This document shows, one piece after another, positions 36,401 through 50,854 of a stretch of 64,000 nt of DNA. A program made the translations under genes and the position numbers. The stretch comes from Dimorphilus gyrociliatus. Taxonomy: Eukaryota > Animalia > Annelida. Where the stretch lies: contig CAJFCJ010000006.1 of assembly GCA_904063045.1 (NCBI GenBank), positions 1,245,771 to 1,309,770 of the forward strand, read 5' to 3'. The notes under the pieces are model-generated. The model was given only the letters and a program-made list of their open reading frames with translations, was not told the DNA's origin and ran no database searches. How positions within the stretch are numbered: position 1 is the stretch's first letter; the number at the start of each line of letters is the position of its first letter.

Positions 36401-38924
36401 CTCAGTTAATATTGGTTGATTGGTAAACGTATTTAGATATATAGACAAATAGATAAGCAGACACCAACCTGATTTCTCAAAATATTATCCTTAGCACTTA
36501 TTATTTCATGTACTAGAACGCGATCTTTTGGCTCTAGCCATTTTTTCCATTCCGCCAACCAATTATGAACAGTATTTAACGGACATAGTAGTAAGATGCT
36601 CTTTACTTTTAGAGTATTATTCTTTAAAAGTGTATGTAGGAGGCTGATTATCTGTCAATTACGTTTAACATAGAAGTTAATTTGATCATATGCTAGAGGC
36701 TGCTTACAGATAAAGATTTCCCTAAACCCATACAATGGGCTAGAATACACCCTGACCCTTCGCTATTTTTAAATTTTTCGGTGGATTCGATGATATTATC
36801 CCAAAGAAATTCAACGGCTGTTCGAATTAAAATAATTCTAATCAATATTTTATTATCAAATTTGTCGAGTGGTTTTACCTTCAACTTGATGCGGTTTTAG
36901 CTCTCTTACCAATACTGGAAGAACAGATATTTTATCCTTTTTAGAAAATACAATTTCCGAACAGTACTTTTTGTTTTTTTCTGTTTTGTAACTTATTTTA
37001 TGCTACAATAAAGAATAATTATTTACATAGTGGTATATAGTATATAAATAATCTTACTTGCTGCCGTTCTATATCAATTCTCTTGCGTCGTTCTTTCTCA
37101 ATTCTTCCGGCTTTTAAAGTTGCATCATTCAATTTCTTTTCTTCGACAATTTTCCTAATGTTATGTCTTCCTTTTGACTTTAAAAATGTAAAGTTAACTT
37201 TAATATGAACACAAAGTTAATTATGACAAAAAGAAATATTTACTTTTTCGGCAAATGCAGTGGCATCGGGCGCTGAATTTAATATGGCATTAGTAGGTGG
37301 TAAGAGTAGGCCTTTTCGACCATCGGGCATTGTTATAACATTGTTAGCTAAATTAGGAGGAAATTTTGGAATATGGCTAAGAAGAACAATTTGCGATTTG
37401 ACAGCTTGAACATTTTTATTTGTAATATTAGAATCAGTTGTATTATTCATATTTCCTTCGTTACATTTCCCATTAACCTGGAAAAAATAGGGCGATATAA
37501 ATAAAAAACATTTGTCGCAGCTATACTTCACAGAAGTATCCATAAAGCAATGTATTTATGGATATTCTTAGTATACTTACTGTGGCTGCTTCTTCAATTG
37601 CTTTCGGCGCTTCCTTTTCAGATTCTACATTCTCCCTATCACTTGATTCTAAAATTTATTTCGGATTGATAATTTGAATTGTGAAAGGATACGATAATGA
37701 CAGAAATTTACCATTATCGCTATTTTCAGTCCGATCCTCCGTATTGTGAGAAAGTTTATTAGGGCTCGATTTCGTAGACTTTTCCTTCTTTCCTTTTGAG
37801 TCTTGATTATATTCTATGCAAGGCTCGGATGCTAATTCATTGACGTAGTCGGCAATCTTCCTTTTATTTTCCCGAAACCTCTGAGCTTCTTTTCTATAAG
37901 CCTAACAAAGAAAATTTTTCTTAAAAATTATATAGTTTAAGGAAAAAAAAGAACCTGTTCATCAGTCAAAATATGATCAAGAGTCATGCGTAGATTCTTG
38001 TAGGCGTTCAGAGCTTGCATTGGAGTTACGACATCACTGTCCGGATTTCTATACGTCATTTGAGAAGTGCTACTCCTCTGAAGATTGATTAAGTAATTTT
38101 AAAATAATAAATGTTAAGTTTATAAACATATAAAATGTCTACCATCTTAAAAAGTGTAAGTGTATGAAATTATGTGAAGAGGTATACAGTTACACAATAG
38201 TTTATAGAAAATATATCTTACTTTTACGCCGAATTTGATTTCTAACTTATTCAATTGTTCCTCTTTCACTAATAATTGAGTTTGGAGCATAGCCATAATA
38301 TGATCTTTTTTATCAACTACCTCTCTATGATTTTTCATAGATTCGGCAAGTTCATCCCTTGATTTATGAATGGTTGTTCTTGCTTTAAAAAGTTCAAAGC
38401 GTAATTGAGTTAAATCTAATTTTGATATATAATATCTGAAATTCTCTTCATCTAATGACTCTAGTGGAGATTCCATTGATGTCGATTGAAACTCTTTCGA
38501 TAAACCTTCGCCATTTTCTACAGTTTCATTTTTTGAATCAGGCTTTTGTTTAGCATCAACTTCATTCGAAGTTTCAGTTTTTACAGTTTTTTTTACACTT
38601 CTTTGTTTTTTAATAGGAGATCTTGTTTTTCTTTTTTTATCAGTCCTTTTTACTTCAGTGACAACAACCGATTTTTTTAATTTCAAAGAATTATCTTCCT
38701 TCTTAATATTGTTAACTTTTTGAACTGAGTTTCGAGTTTTGCGGGAAAGGAACTGTGTTTCGCTTCTTAAGATTCGTTTACTCTTCTTCGCAGGAGAAGG
38801 AGAATCTAAAAGAGGGAAAAAATTTTCTAGAATAATCTTATACGAAGGTAAGACCTGTTTAAAGCTTACCATTAGCTAAGATGTTCGCCGATCTAGAACG
38901 TTTCTGTTTGGTGCCAGATCGCAT
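33454..38924 (-). CDS. ATRX: ATRX-like SNF2 chromatin remodeller, many exons, no ADD domain visible
   Basis: [139 protein letters not shown]. These match ATRX better than RAD54L2/ARIP4. Confidence 0.9.
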
Positions 38925-39265
38925 TTCTATATTTTTCTGCAATATGAAAATGAAATTAAATTGCTTATTCAGGCATGAATTATAAATATTAAGCAATTCG
39001 TTGCTAGCCAAACCGAGTGCAAAAACACCAATAGGGGACGCCACGATACGTTCTACTTTTTTCAACGCGTCGAAGGTGTCGCTGCTATAGTTGAACAAGG
39101 TCTGTCTACGACTCAACGATTACGCAATGAATGTTCCTTACCTGATCGAATAATTATTGAAAAATCCTTTCAATGAAAGCTTATAAAAATGAATCTATTC
39201 GATGGCGGGAAAATTTCGGAGAAATTGTAGGAGAGCCATCTGTAGATTCCTCAATGTGACGTAGC

Positions 39266-39335
39266 AAGATGGCGTAGATGGCGTTCGTCATAGCAACGAG
39301 GTGGCGTCGTTGTTTCACCTATCGCACCGCCATCT
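39266..39335. promoter_or_regulatory. Bidirectional promoter upstream of ATRX with tandem YY1-like motifs
   Basis: AAGATGGCG at 39266, TAGATGGCG at 39275, CCGCCATCT at 39327, and a TAGCAAC half X-box at 39291. Confidence 0.45.
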
Positions 39336-39593
39336 AGCTGTTATAGTTATAGGCTAGTCTTGAGCAAATATATTATATCGAAAATTGAATTCTGTTTTAT
39401 CATTTTATGATAAACGCAAGTAAATCATGAAAGATAAATGTAAAAAGGACAACACGTGCACCTTATCATTATTTGATGCTTTCACTTGAAAAGAATTAGG
39501 TTGCACAAGTCTTATCTCGGAGGATAAAAGTAGAAACTGTCTGTACTTTATATCAGTATAGAAAATATCACAAAAAAGGGACCAGAGCCTAAG

Positions 39594-39815
39594 ATGACTT
39601 CTTTGAATAGAGTTCTACAAAGTAGCTGGAAAAAAGTTGTTGCTTCGCAAACGAATAGATCGTTCTATAATTCAACAAAAGATTATATTTCGAGATGTCA
39701 ATCTATGCCAGCAACATCAAATGTACAAAAGTCGAAAACTAACAAAAAGGTAAACTATAATTTTCTCCTTATTCTGAAGACAAATATGTTAAGATGTAAG
39801 AAAGGGTACACTTAA
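39594..39815 (+). CDS. Possible small gene or first exon with a basic Ser/Thr-rich N-terminus (mitochondrial-presequence-like)
   Basis: ATG ORF divergent from ATRX with a donor-like AAG|GTAAAC at about 39749. Downstream exons could not be resolved. Confidence 0.3.
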   Translation: MTSLNRVLQSSWKKVVASQTNRSFYNSTKDYISRCQSMPATSNVQKSKTNKKVNYNFLLILKTNMLRCKKGYT

Positions 39816-40331
39816 AACTGATGCAAATATATAAAAGAAGACAGCTTCCTAAGAATAAAGAAACTATTAGAGAAGAGTTTGAAACTCACTTTCAAAAGAA
39901 TATTACTGATAAGAATATTATCTTTATATCGGCAGATATTGTCACTTTTTAAATATAATTTATTTATCTTTATTATAGACTAGTACTTTATAACAAAGCG
40001 TGTCTTAGTACATTCTTCGTTCATAATATCAAGAATAATCTAATAGTAATTTTTTTATTACCCTTCCAGCAAATAAGACCGGAAAGAAACTATGAAAAAA
40101 TGGATAAATACTATGCAGTAAACGTTACGAATTGTAATCAAATAAGAAGCGTTCACGTTACCTTTTTTTTGACTTTGTTATTTAATTAATATATCTTCAT
40201 GAATAATATTTCCGTTTATTGGGAAAGTGTTTTTTTTAAAGCTTTTTAACTATTACAACAAAAAAGTGCATTTATAATATATTTTATTATACTCTAACAA
40301 TTAGAGTTCCTTTATAAAAAAAGATTAATGT

Positions 40332-41214
40332 TTATTTTCGTTCTCCAACTATACGGAGTATATGCAGAAACAAGTTGATTATATCTAAATACAAGTTAAT
40401 CGAAGCCAATATATAATCTTCAGGTGACAAATGATGCATAACCATATTTATGTCAAAAATAATGAATAGACTGAATAGAATTGCTCCACCGCCTGCTAAA
40501 AGCATTTGGAAGGATTCGCTGTGGAAGAAAAATTCAGCCATTCCGGCAATCAAAAGTATAAATAAGCCCGAAAATAGAGAAGCGTAAAGAGATCTGAAAT
40601 CCCTTTTCGATGTAAGCGTATAGGCAGTTAAACTACCAGTTACTGCCGCAGTAAGTCCCAAAGCAAAGATGACAGATCTAACAGTATAGAAGGTTACGAC
40701 TGTTGCTACTGCGTATGATTGACAAACTGTGAAAACAGCAAGGAGTATATAATTCATCGGAACTTCTTTTCTCTTGAAATGCAATGCAAATAACAAAACC
40801 ATACTAGCGACAAACGACACAATCATCATCCACGAACTAGAATTAATAATGTTAAATGTTTAATATAATAAGTAAGAAATTTTGTCAATAGTTTAGATTA
40901 AAAACTTACTTTCCACGTACAAATCCTTGAACTGTTTCGGAGCTCATAAAAAGCATACACATAATAGCTGAAATGACAAGCTGACAAGTCAAAATTCCAA
41001 ATACTTTCTTAAGAAAACCTATGAAAGAAAAAATAAATGAAATAATATATTTTATTTATTTGGTACTGTCATAAATTTTGACAGTTGGAATATTTTTTAA
41101 ATAATAATTACCAAGTCTGATGTAGACATCGCTATTCGCGACATTGGTGCCATACATAAAGTCATCTACAATGGAGGGTTTTTGAGAAAAGACTGATCCT
41201 TCCTTAGCTGACAT
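40332..41214 (-). CDS. TMBIM4: Bax inhibitor-1 family membrane protein (Lifeguard 4/GAAP), 3 exons
   Basis: IVDDFMYGTNVANSDVYIRL|GFLKKVFGILTCQL, KRKEVPMNYILLAVFT, TAAVTGSLTAYT, LFSLFIIFDINMVMHHLSPEDYILASINLYLDIINLFLHILRI. Confidence 0.95.
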
Positions 41215-41862
41215 CTGCTCAATGGCATAATAAATCGAGAATGTTATTCATTTCTTTTGATCATAAGCTGTTTATTTACAAACCTTTGGCAAAAGATATT
41301 GTGTTTACTGTGATGTAATTAAGATATTCTTTCTATTTTCTGATTTTCTTTAAACCACGAGAAAAAACGTTAAGTCACGAGATTTTAGATTTTAGCGCCA
41401 CCTATCGTTTAAAGAATTCCTTATTTAAAAAAAATAAAAATAATGCAATAAAGTACAAGTATAAATATGAAAAATTCAATTTTTCAAAATTAATTGGTGA
41501 AAGAGAATAATGACAATTAAAAAAAAAACGATTAATAGTTTCTTTATATTATATTTGAAACATATTTTACAAATGACTATATATTTTTATTAATCGCAAA
41601 AAGAGAAAATGTATAGAAATGAATTTTCTTGTGAAGAGAAGAAAGAAGAGATTCTTTTGTTATTCAAGATATAAGGAAAGTTTATGAAACAGCTTTAGAT
41701 TTAGGTTGTTCTTGCTGCTTACAAGATCTATATTTTATTGATATTTGAAAATAGGTCTAGAAGAGTAGATTATTATTTTCATTCTCCTCTTTTTACTGTG
41801 TCTTTGGTAAGCAATATTTATTGCGATTAACTTTCACAATGACATATTAATGGGTTATCTTG

Positions 41863-42407
41863 TTATAATTCCAATATCTTATCTAATCTCCTTTTACTTT
41901 TGCCTAGAATTTCACGTGTAATTTGAGAGTAAATTGCTGTATCTTCGGGAAGTTCTCTAGCTATTCTATCACCTATGCTACTTTTTAATGAGACATGGTT
42001 CAAACTCGTAGACGATCCATCTTTTAAACATTTATCCAAATCCTCTTTTGCAACCTTCACAAGAGCTTTTAAGCCTTGATTTTCTGCTAATAAATTTTCT
42101 TTTTTAGTTTCTCTTACGATAAATTCAGATTTTAGCCTATTAAGTTCCTCTTCAAAGAGAGTACAATCACTTTCTGCCTGTTTCATATCAGTACGTCTCT
42201 AAACAAAAAACGTAGACAAAAGTATGATAACAATATTACACAAAAAAAACAAACCCGTTCAAGTTCTTTCAGAATACCGGCATTAACAGCTTCACATACT
42301 CTATATTTACCCCATTTTTCGGCAATTTGTGATCTAAGTATAGTTATCTCGGACTCTATAATAGATTTAACAGCCTGATTATCTTGAAAATTGCGAATAT
42401 GATTCAT
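41863..42407 (-). CDS. Small uncharacterised coiled-coil protein, 2 exons
   Basis: ORFs 42183-42407 and 41863-42186, joined by a short intron at about 42255-42200. Confidence 0.55.
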
Positions 42408-42709
42408 TTTTTGCCTTTCAAAAATTAAGTTATATAAAAAGATTTTAAACTAAATTAGACAAAGTTCAAACGCTTGTTTATTAAATTTTTAAATAAATTT
42501 TATTCCAAAAAAAAAAAAAAGCTAAGATACTAAAGAAGATAATGAAGAAGACAAAGCAAATATTCTACAAAGCAGCAATATGGTCTTTTTTTTTCTTTCT
42601 TATTGAGAGAGAAATTTGATAAGAAAAAAAAAGTGACACTTACCAGACATTTTTTATAATAATTAAACATTTTGAGCAAAACATTCATTTAATACATTCA
42701 AATTTATAC

Positions 42710-42712
<3 letters not shown>

Positions 42713-42755
<43 letters not shown>
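42713..42755. repeat. (AT)n microsatellite
   Basis: About 21 AT units. Confidence 0.95.
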
Positions 42756-42757
<2 letters not shown>

Positions 42758-43815
42758 GCTGTCTTTTTTTTCATAATGTAAAACGTTTAAGGCACATAAA
42801 AAAAAATACCAAAAAAACAACAATGTATGTTCCTGTAGATTCTTTAAAGGCAGACAACTTCCCAATAAATTTGCCATTATCTGTCCATGCTTCGCTGATT
42901 TTTGTTGAAAAATAAGCAAAGGTTCAGACTCCATCGAAACCATCTCATTACTTTTCATAAACAATAACATTAGCTCTCCCAGCTGGCTTAAACCTTGGTC
43001 AAATTTCCCATTGTTGATGGTACAAGGTGATGAAGATAAAGGAAAAGCGACGGTGGTTAATAGAAGAACCAATGAGTATGTTGATGAGAAGTTCAAGAAG
43101 CTTTTAACTCGATATTTCTGAATGTTTGACTGAAGAATTCGCCCCCCTTATATAGCAAATTTGGTGACAACTGCTCAAGAGCGGACAGCAAACTGTCCAA
43201 CTTATTTTTCTTCATTTTTTATAGCCCAGAAGGAATATTATTTCCTAAAGATTAGTTCAAACTGTTCGTGAGAGCATGGCGTTTTGGATTATCATAAATT
43301 TCTTTAAAAACCATTTGCTATTGCAAGTTTATTAACGTTTGTTCTACATTTAAGATGATTACAAGAGGTGATGAGTAGTTTAACTTTCACAGCTTTTTGA
43401 ATAGAGATCAGTCATATCAACCGTTGAGTATTATCAGAAGCTAATTGTCCTTTTTTCAGTTCGCTGTTTTGTAAGGATAAGAAAAATTATCATAAGAGAA
43501 TAAGCATAGTAAAGAGGAAAGAAAGAATATGACCTGAAACTAAGAAACTTATGCAAGATTATTGAAAATAAGAAATTTTTCGCAATATCAACTGCAATGA
43601 ACTGCAATGGAAAAAGTATCTAAATAATGCAATAGGTTAAGATCTTTATCCAATATGTACAGTGGCTAGCAATGCGATAGAAGATCTATCCTAAGTAGAT
43701 ATCTTGATATAAATATTTTTGTTTGTTTACGCTTCATGCTCAGAGAATAATTAGGGAAAATAAACAATTTATTATATATTTAGGGTCATTTATCTGTTCA
43801 CAAAATGCCATTCTT

Positions 43816-45215
43816 ATGAAAATACATTGTACGATTGTTATAATAATATTGTTTAGTTGTTGATTACAATTTAAATATTTTAAAAATAAACGGCAAAGAA
43901 AAATGATATGTTGAATTTTATTAAATGTAATAGTTGTCTAATTGACAATTTAATATCTAATTATTGGCCAGCAGCAGGACGAACTTTTGATCAATCACCT
44001 AAAACTGATGAAACGAAACGTCGTAGAAGAAGAACATCGGAAAAGAAAAGAAAAATATGCGATTATAACGATTTTGCTGAGTCTAAAGAAATTTTAAATG
44101 ATCGATGGCTAATAAAGAAAAAGCTGGGCGGTGGTGGATTTGGTCAAGTTTATGAAGTTGAAGATATATCTACTAATATACGTGGAGCGTTAAAACTAGA
44201 ACCAATTGAAAGGAAACGAATTGTTCTTAAAATGGACGAAAGAGTACTTTCCGATTTAAAAGATCAGAATCATATTTGCGAACTATTTGCCAGGGGAAAA
44301 ACCAAAATGTATTATTTTATAATCATGTCGCTTAAAGGTAGTGTATTTCCCATTCATCTTCCTGCTTCTATTAGGATTTATGATAATCATAATTTCTAAA
44401 TAGGAAAGAACTTGGGTCAATTAAGAAAAGAGCAAAGTGGTCAAAGGTTCACGCTGTCCACAACTATTAGGATAGCAAAGCAAACATTAGCAGCTTTAAG
44501 AGTTGTACACGATGGAGGCTATATTCACAGAGATGTTAAACCAACAAATTTTGCGATAGGACTACCTCCTCATGAAAAAGTCATCTACGTCCTTGATTTT
44601 GGTTTATCGAGACGCTTCTTAAGAAATACTATTGAATTTGATAAAATTTCAACTCATACAAAAACTTGTTTCAGACATCAGCGAAGCAGACCTTGTAAGA
44701 TCATATAAACCCCTGGTTTCTAATAATTCTGTACTATGTACTTTAAACTAGCATTTAGAGGAACAATTAAATATGCTTCGCTAAATATTCACAGACGAAA
44801 TGAAGCTGGAAGAAGGGATGACTTATATAGCTGGTTTTATATGATAATTGAATTCCTTAATGGTAATCTTCCATGGAGACAGTTATATGAAAAATACGAT
44901 ATCGAAGATGCAAAAGAGCATTTCCACGAGCAAAGGGAACCAATGATTCATCTACCAAAACATTTCCATACCATACTTGATCATATTGAATCGCTCAAAG
45001 ATTATAAAGATAGGCCCAATTACGATTTTATACTAGCACATTTAGAAACTATTCAAACTAACTATGGTGTAAGTGATAATGATCCGTTCGATTGGGAATT
45101 GAAATCGAAATTTTTATTCAATTTTCCAAACGCATCTCACATAAAAAATAGATTAAAAAAGAGAAAAAAGTCTAAAATCAATCGAAACGAATTCACATCT
45201 TTTGAAAGTTCATAG
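43816..45215 (+). CDS. Tau-tubulin kinase-like (CK1 group) Ser/Thr kinase
   Basis: LGGGGFGQVY, ALKLE, LKMDERVL, YIHRDVKPTNFAIG, VLDFGLSR, FRGTIKYAS, GRRDDLYSW, LPWR. The start at 43816 (MKIH|SAGRT) is tentative. Introns at about 44339-44403 and 44697-44751. Confidence 0.9.
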
Positions 45216-46101
45216 AAAGTAAATAAGATAATAAATATTTTTATTAGCATAGATAGACTACAAACAGCAATGACTGAAAATAAAATTCGTCATTGTATTG
45301 CTATTTCTACCCTTTTAACTAGCTGCTTACTTTTCTCTCCTTTTTCTAGTATTCAAAACAATACATTATACTAAATATATATTAGAAGGGTTTAAATAAC
45401 TTCTCTCCATCAATTTTCTTATATAGTGTGGTAGGTTGTAAAAAAAATTTAAATTTTTACTTTATAAATAAACATTCATTAAATATAATTTTATAACATG
45501 AATATATTCTAACAGGGTTATTTCCTATTTATCCATCGAATTTGTTTATCAACATATCATATCTCGGGTTGTATATTAGAACAATTGAATTGTATGATGA
45601 TGCTAGTATTGAATGTATTTTTTAATGAAATAGTATTGATAGTGAAACCAGCTGTTCACATTTCAAAATTGTAAGACATAATTAATAAATCATTATTGAG
45701 ACATCATTTATTATTGCAGCTCTATTATTTAAACAAATAAGTAATTTCACTACTTTTGTCAATCTTTACAGATGTGATAAATATCTTCGACTCACAAAGC
45801 ACATAGACATTGTACATCGAAAACTTAATAAATAACGCCATCTAACGGATCTAACCTGTTAAAATACAGATCACATCAGTAGAGGTGGGCAATAACACTG
45901 ATAGAAAAGTCAAATTAGCTAAGGACTTGGGATTGTAATAATTTTTTTTTATTTATATTCAATAACTTTGATGTCAAAATTGGTTACGTTACATATTTAT
46001 ATATAACGACGAGGAAAAGGGATATTTCGGACGAAAAAACGAACAACGCAGTCGTTTTAATCGAGAAAAAAAAAACACATTCGGCCTAATTCATCCGAAA
46101 A

Positions 46102-47781
<1,680 letters not shown>

Positions 47782-48382
47782 CTTAGGGCGTTATATTAAA
47801 TGTTTTTAAGCTTCCTAACGACCAACTGAGGACGTATTATGCATCAATTTCACAAAAACTCGCACAAATGATTGCTACCGTGTCCCTCAACGTCAGAAAA
47901 GATCCTTCCACGTAGTTGGCCACGTGACCTATCTTGACGGGTTTTCTGTGCTATTCGACTTAATAGCCAATTTTAGAAGCTAAAATTATTTTTATAAATT
48001 TTTTCGTTTAATAATTTTAAATTACAATAATTAATCATTAATTTTTTGTTACTTTTTACGAAGAACGTGTAGTGCGGTCCTTCCGGAAGTGAAAGAGTTG
48101 TTGTGGAAATTAGGTAAACAACATTAGAATTTCCCTTTTTTCTCGCTTATCTTTCGTTTTTACGCTTTATTTTTTCGATAGAGGTAAATAATATAATATA
48201 TATATTGTTATTATTATAAGTTTTTTATGAGGTTTGTCAAAATACGAAAACTGATTTTTTACGATCTTCCGCCTTGTTGGCACACGTTGGAAGACTAGGC
48301 CTATAGTCCTTAGGCCGTTCGATTAAAATTAAGCCTATGATAATGTACCAGATCTAACCATGTGAACCACGTGTTTCAGGTG

Positions 48383-50854
48383 ATGGGAAACACTTCGGGA
48401 AAAAGTTTAAGGCGGGGAACGGCTGACAAATCCTCATCGTCCTTGTCGTTAAAAGGGCGTGAGGATACTGTTGAAAATCTATCAAGATGGATAACAGCCG
48501 AAAAAAGACGTACACAAGACATACTTGAAGAAAATTACGACGTTTATAAAGTAATAATGCCAAATCACTTTTAAAACTGTCCCCTATATTATAATCAAAA
48601 CGTTGTCTTCACCTAAATTCAGCAAAGAATGCATTTACTGAAGCATATGTTCAAGCAACTTGATCCAAACATTATGGCAACTGCAACGTTTGTAAATCAT
48701 GGCGACCTTGAACTTGCGGTGAAGTACGACGTATCCAGACGACAACTACTTGTAAAGATAATACAGGCGAGAGATTTAAGGGCAAGGGATCTCAGAGGAA
48801 AAACATCTGATCCTTACGTAAAGGTGTGATAAAAGCTGTGATAAGATAAATAGCACTATAATAAATTAACCGTTTCTATATAGCTCTGGCTACAAAAGGA
48901 AAGAGGTGGTGAAGTAGGAAACGTGTACAAAACGCGTATAATGCCTAAGACTCTATCACCAAAATGGAACGAAATCTTTTCCTTTCCAATTGATAATATG
49001 GATTTATTGGATGGAACATTCCTAATTTTTCAAGTATGGGATAATGACATTACCGAAAGGGACGATATGATCGGAGAAAATGTCGTCTCAATTTCTTCAA
49101 TGAATATCAGTTCTGGACGACATGAATTTAACGCTTGGTATAGCCTAAAGGCATCAACTGATCTAAACATTACTGGTACCGTCAGTTTTGATATAAGCTT
49201 TGAAATGCCCGATGTTCTTACAATAAAAGTTCTTAAGGGTGAAGGTTTAACTCAAAAATCCACTGACAGACTACCCAACTGTAGAGTTAAACTGCAGGTA
49301 GAAGACAATATCTATTTATAAATTTCTGAATAAGATTATATAAGATATATCAAGATAAACAACAAAATGTAAATGCGTTTTATCTGTAGGTACCGGGCAT
49401 TGCTCTTTGTTTCGAAACGGAAATCAAGGAGAATACGATAGATCCCGTATGGGAGGAGACATTCGAATTTCCGGTAACGCTTGATCAATTGTGTACCAAG
49501 TGAGTCTTAAATTTTCCTTCTCTGACATAAGAAATAATCAAAATACATAAATTACACAAATAAAAAATATAATTTCTTTTTATCTCTTATTTATCTATAT
49601 AGATACATCGTCCTGCATGTTATAGACGTCAGAGACGGGCAACAAAATGAGACGCTCGGTCAGATTATCTATGATTTAGATAATATTACTCCTCATTCTG
49701 GATTTAATGGAACTATGGAGCTTGCAGACTTGGTTTGTATATTTGCTTTCAATTCTATTTTTATGTATTTGTTTTTATTTTATGAATTTTTTAATTAAGT
49801 TCATAATTAATATAAATTTTTTTTTTTATTTAAAATCATTAGAAAAACTCGGAGCGTCTTCGTTCTCGTTGGTTTCAGCATTTTCTTCTACAAGAATTTC
49901 GTGAATCTCTAACGGCTCATGCAAATTTTCATCAGCCGTCCTTCCTCTTCAAAAATTCTGAAGGAACAAAGGTACATCTATTTCCAATAGAATATAAAGT
50001 TTTCGTGAATATCCTATAGATGGCGCTGCATAATCAGATACCTTATAGCCATGTATATTAGCATTGGGTTTTATTACATTAGCTTTAAAATAATTCATTT
50101 CGCCCCCCACCCCCTCCTCGATCTCTGCACCATGCCTCCAAAAGTGTTACCCCCCTCTCTCACCTCCTTCTCTTCGATTAGTAGAGGTGTATGCGGGGAG
50201 ATGCGCATGTGTTTCAAACTACCTCATTGAATTTATTTGATGCAGGCTTTTTACCTGACAATAACTGAACCATTGATTATACCCTGATATTTTATAGTTT
50301 TTTAATACATCTGGCGTTAATTTAAATGTTATGCTGGGGCTTTAGGACTATGAGTAGAAAAAAGAATAACATTTGTAAATTTGCTAATTAATGATTCCTC
50401 TCGATTTTTACTTTCTCTGTTTTATTTAAAAAAAAAGAGAGAGAAACGAAATAAAGATAAAAAACATCCGTGCGAACGTAACTACGGGAGGGATGGAAAA
50501 AAGAACGGGCGGAGAAATTCTATCCGCCGCAAAGCCTCCGGCCAATCATTTTGATGTGGCCAATTAGCCAAACTCGACAAACTTTCGCCCTCTTTCAAAA
50601 TGACGACCTCTTGCAGCGTTTAGGCCGGAATCTATTTATTTATAGTTGAATGTTTTGTTTGCTTGTTCTCTTTACGCGTCGTTTTATTCTTGTCTCCAAC
50701 TTGGTTTACCTCTCTTTTACGAATCTACAAAGCCTAACATGTTTTCATTTGATTTACACTATTTTTTTCTACTATACAGAACATCAGAATGGAGAGCTTG
50801 AAAGCGAATTGTACGGCAAATATCAAAATCGTCGATGGAATCCCTGTATATTGA
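48383..50854 (+). CDS. Double-C2-domain (synaptotagmin-like) protein with an N-myristoylation-type start and no TM segment
   Basis: MGNTSG. C2A: IQARDLRARDLRGKTSDPYVK, KTLSPKWNEIF, FQVWDNDITERDDMIG. C2B: VLKGEGL, NTIDPVWEETFEF. The terminal exon is either 50020-50061 or 50780-50854 (NIRMESLKANCTANIKIVDGIPVY*). Confidence 0.8.

Noticed and set aside
42704-43096. 130-aa ORF as a real protein
   Set aside because: Non-ATG start, and the C-terminus (IYIYIY) is translated (AT)n microsatellite.
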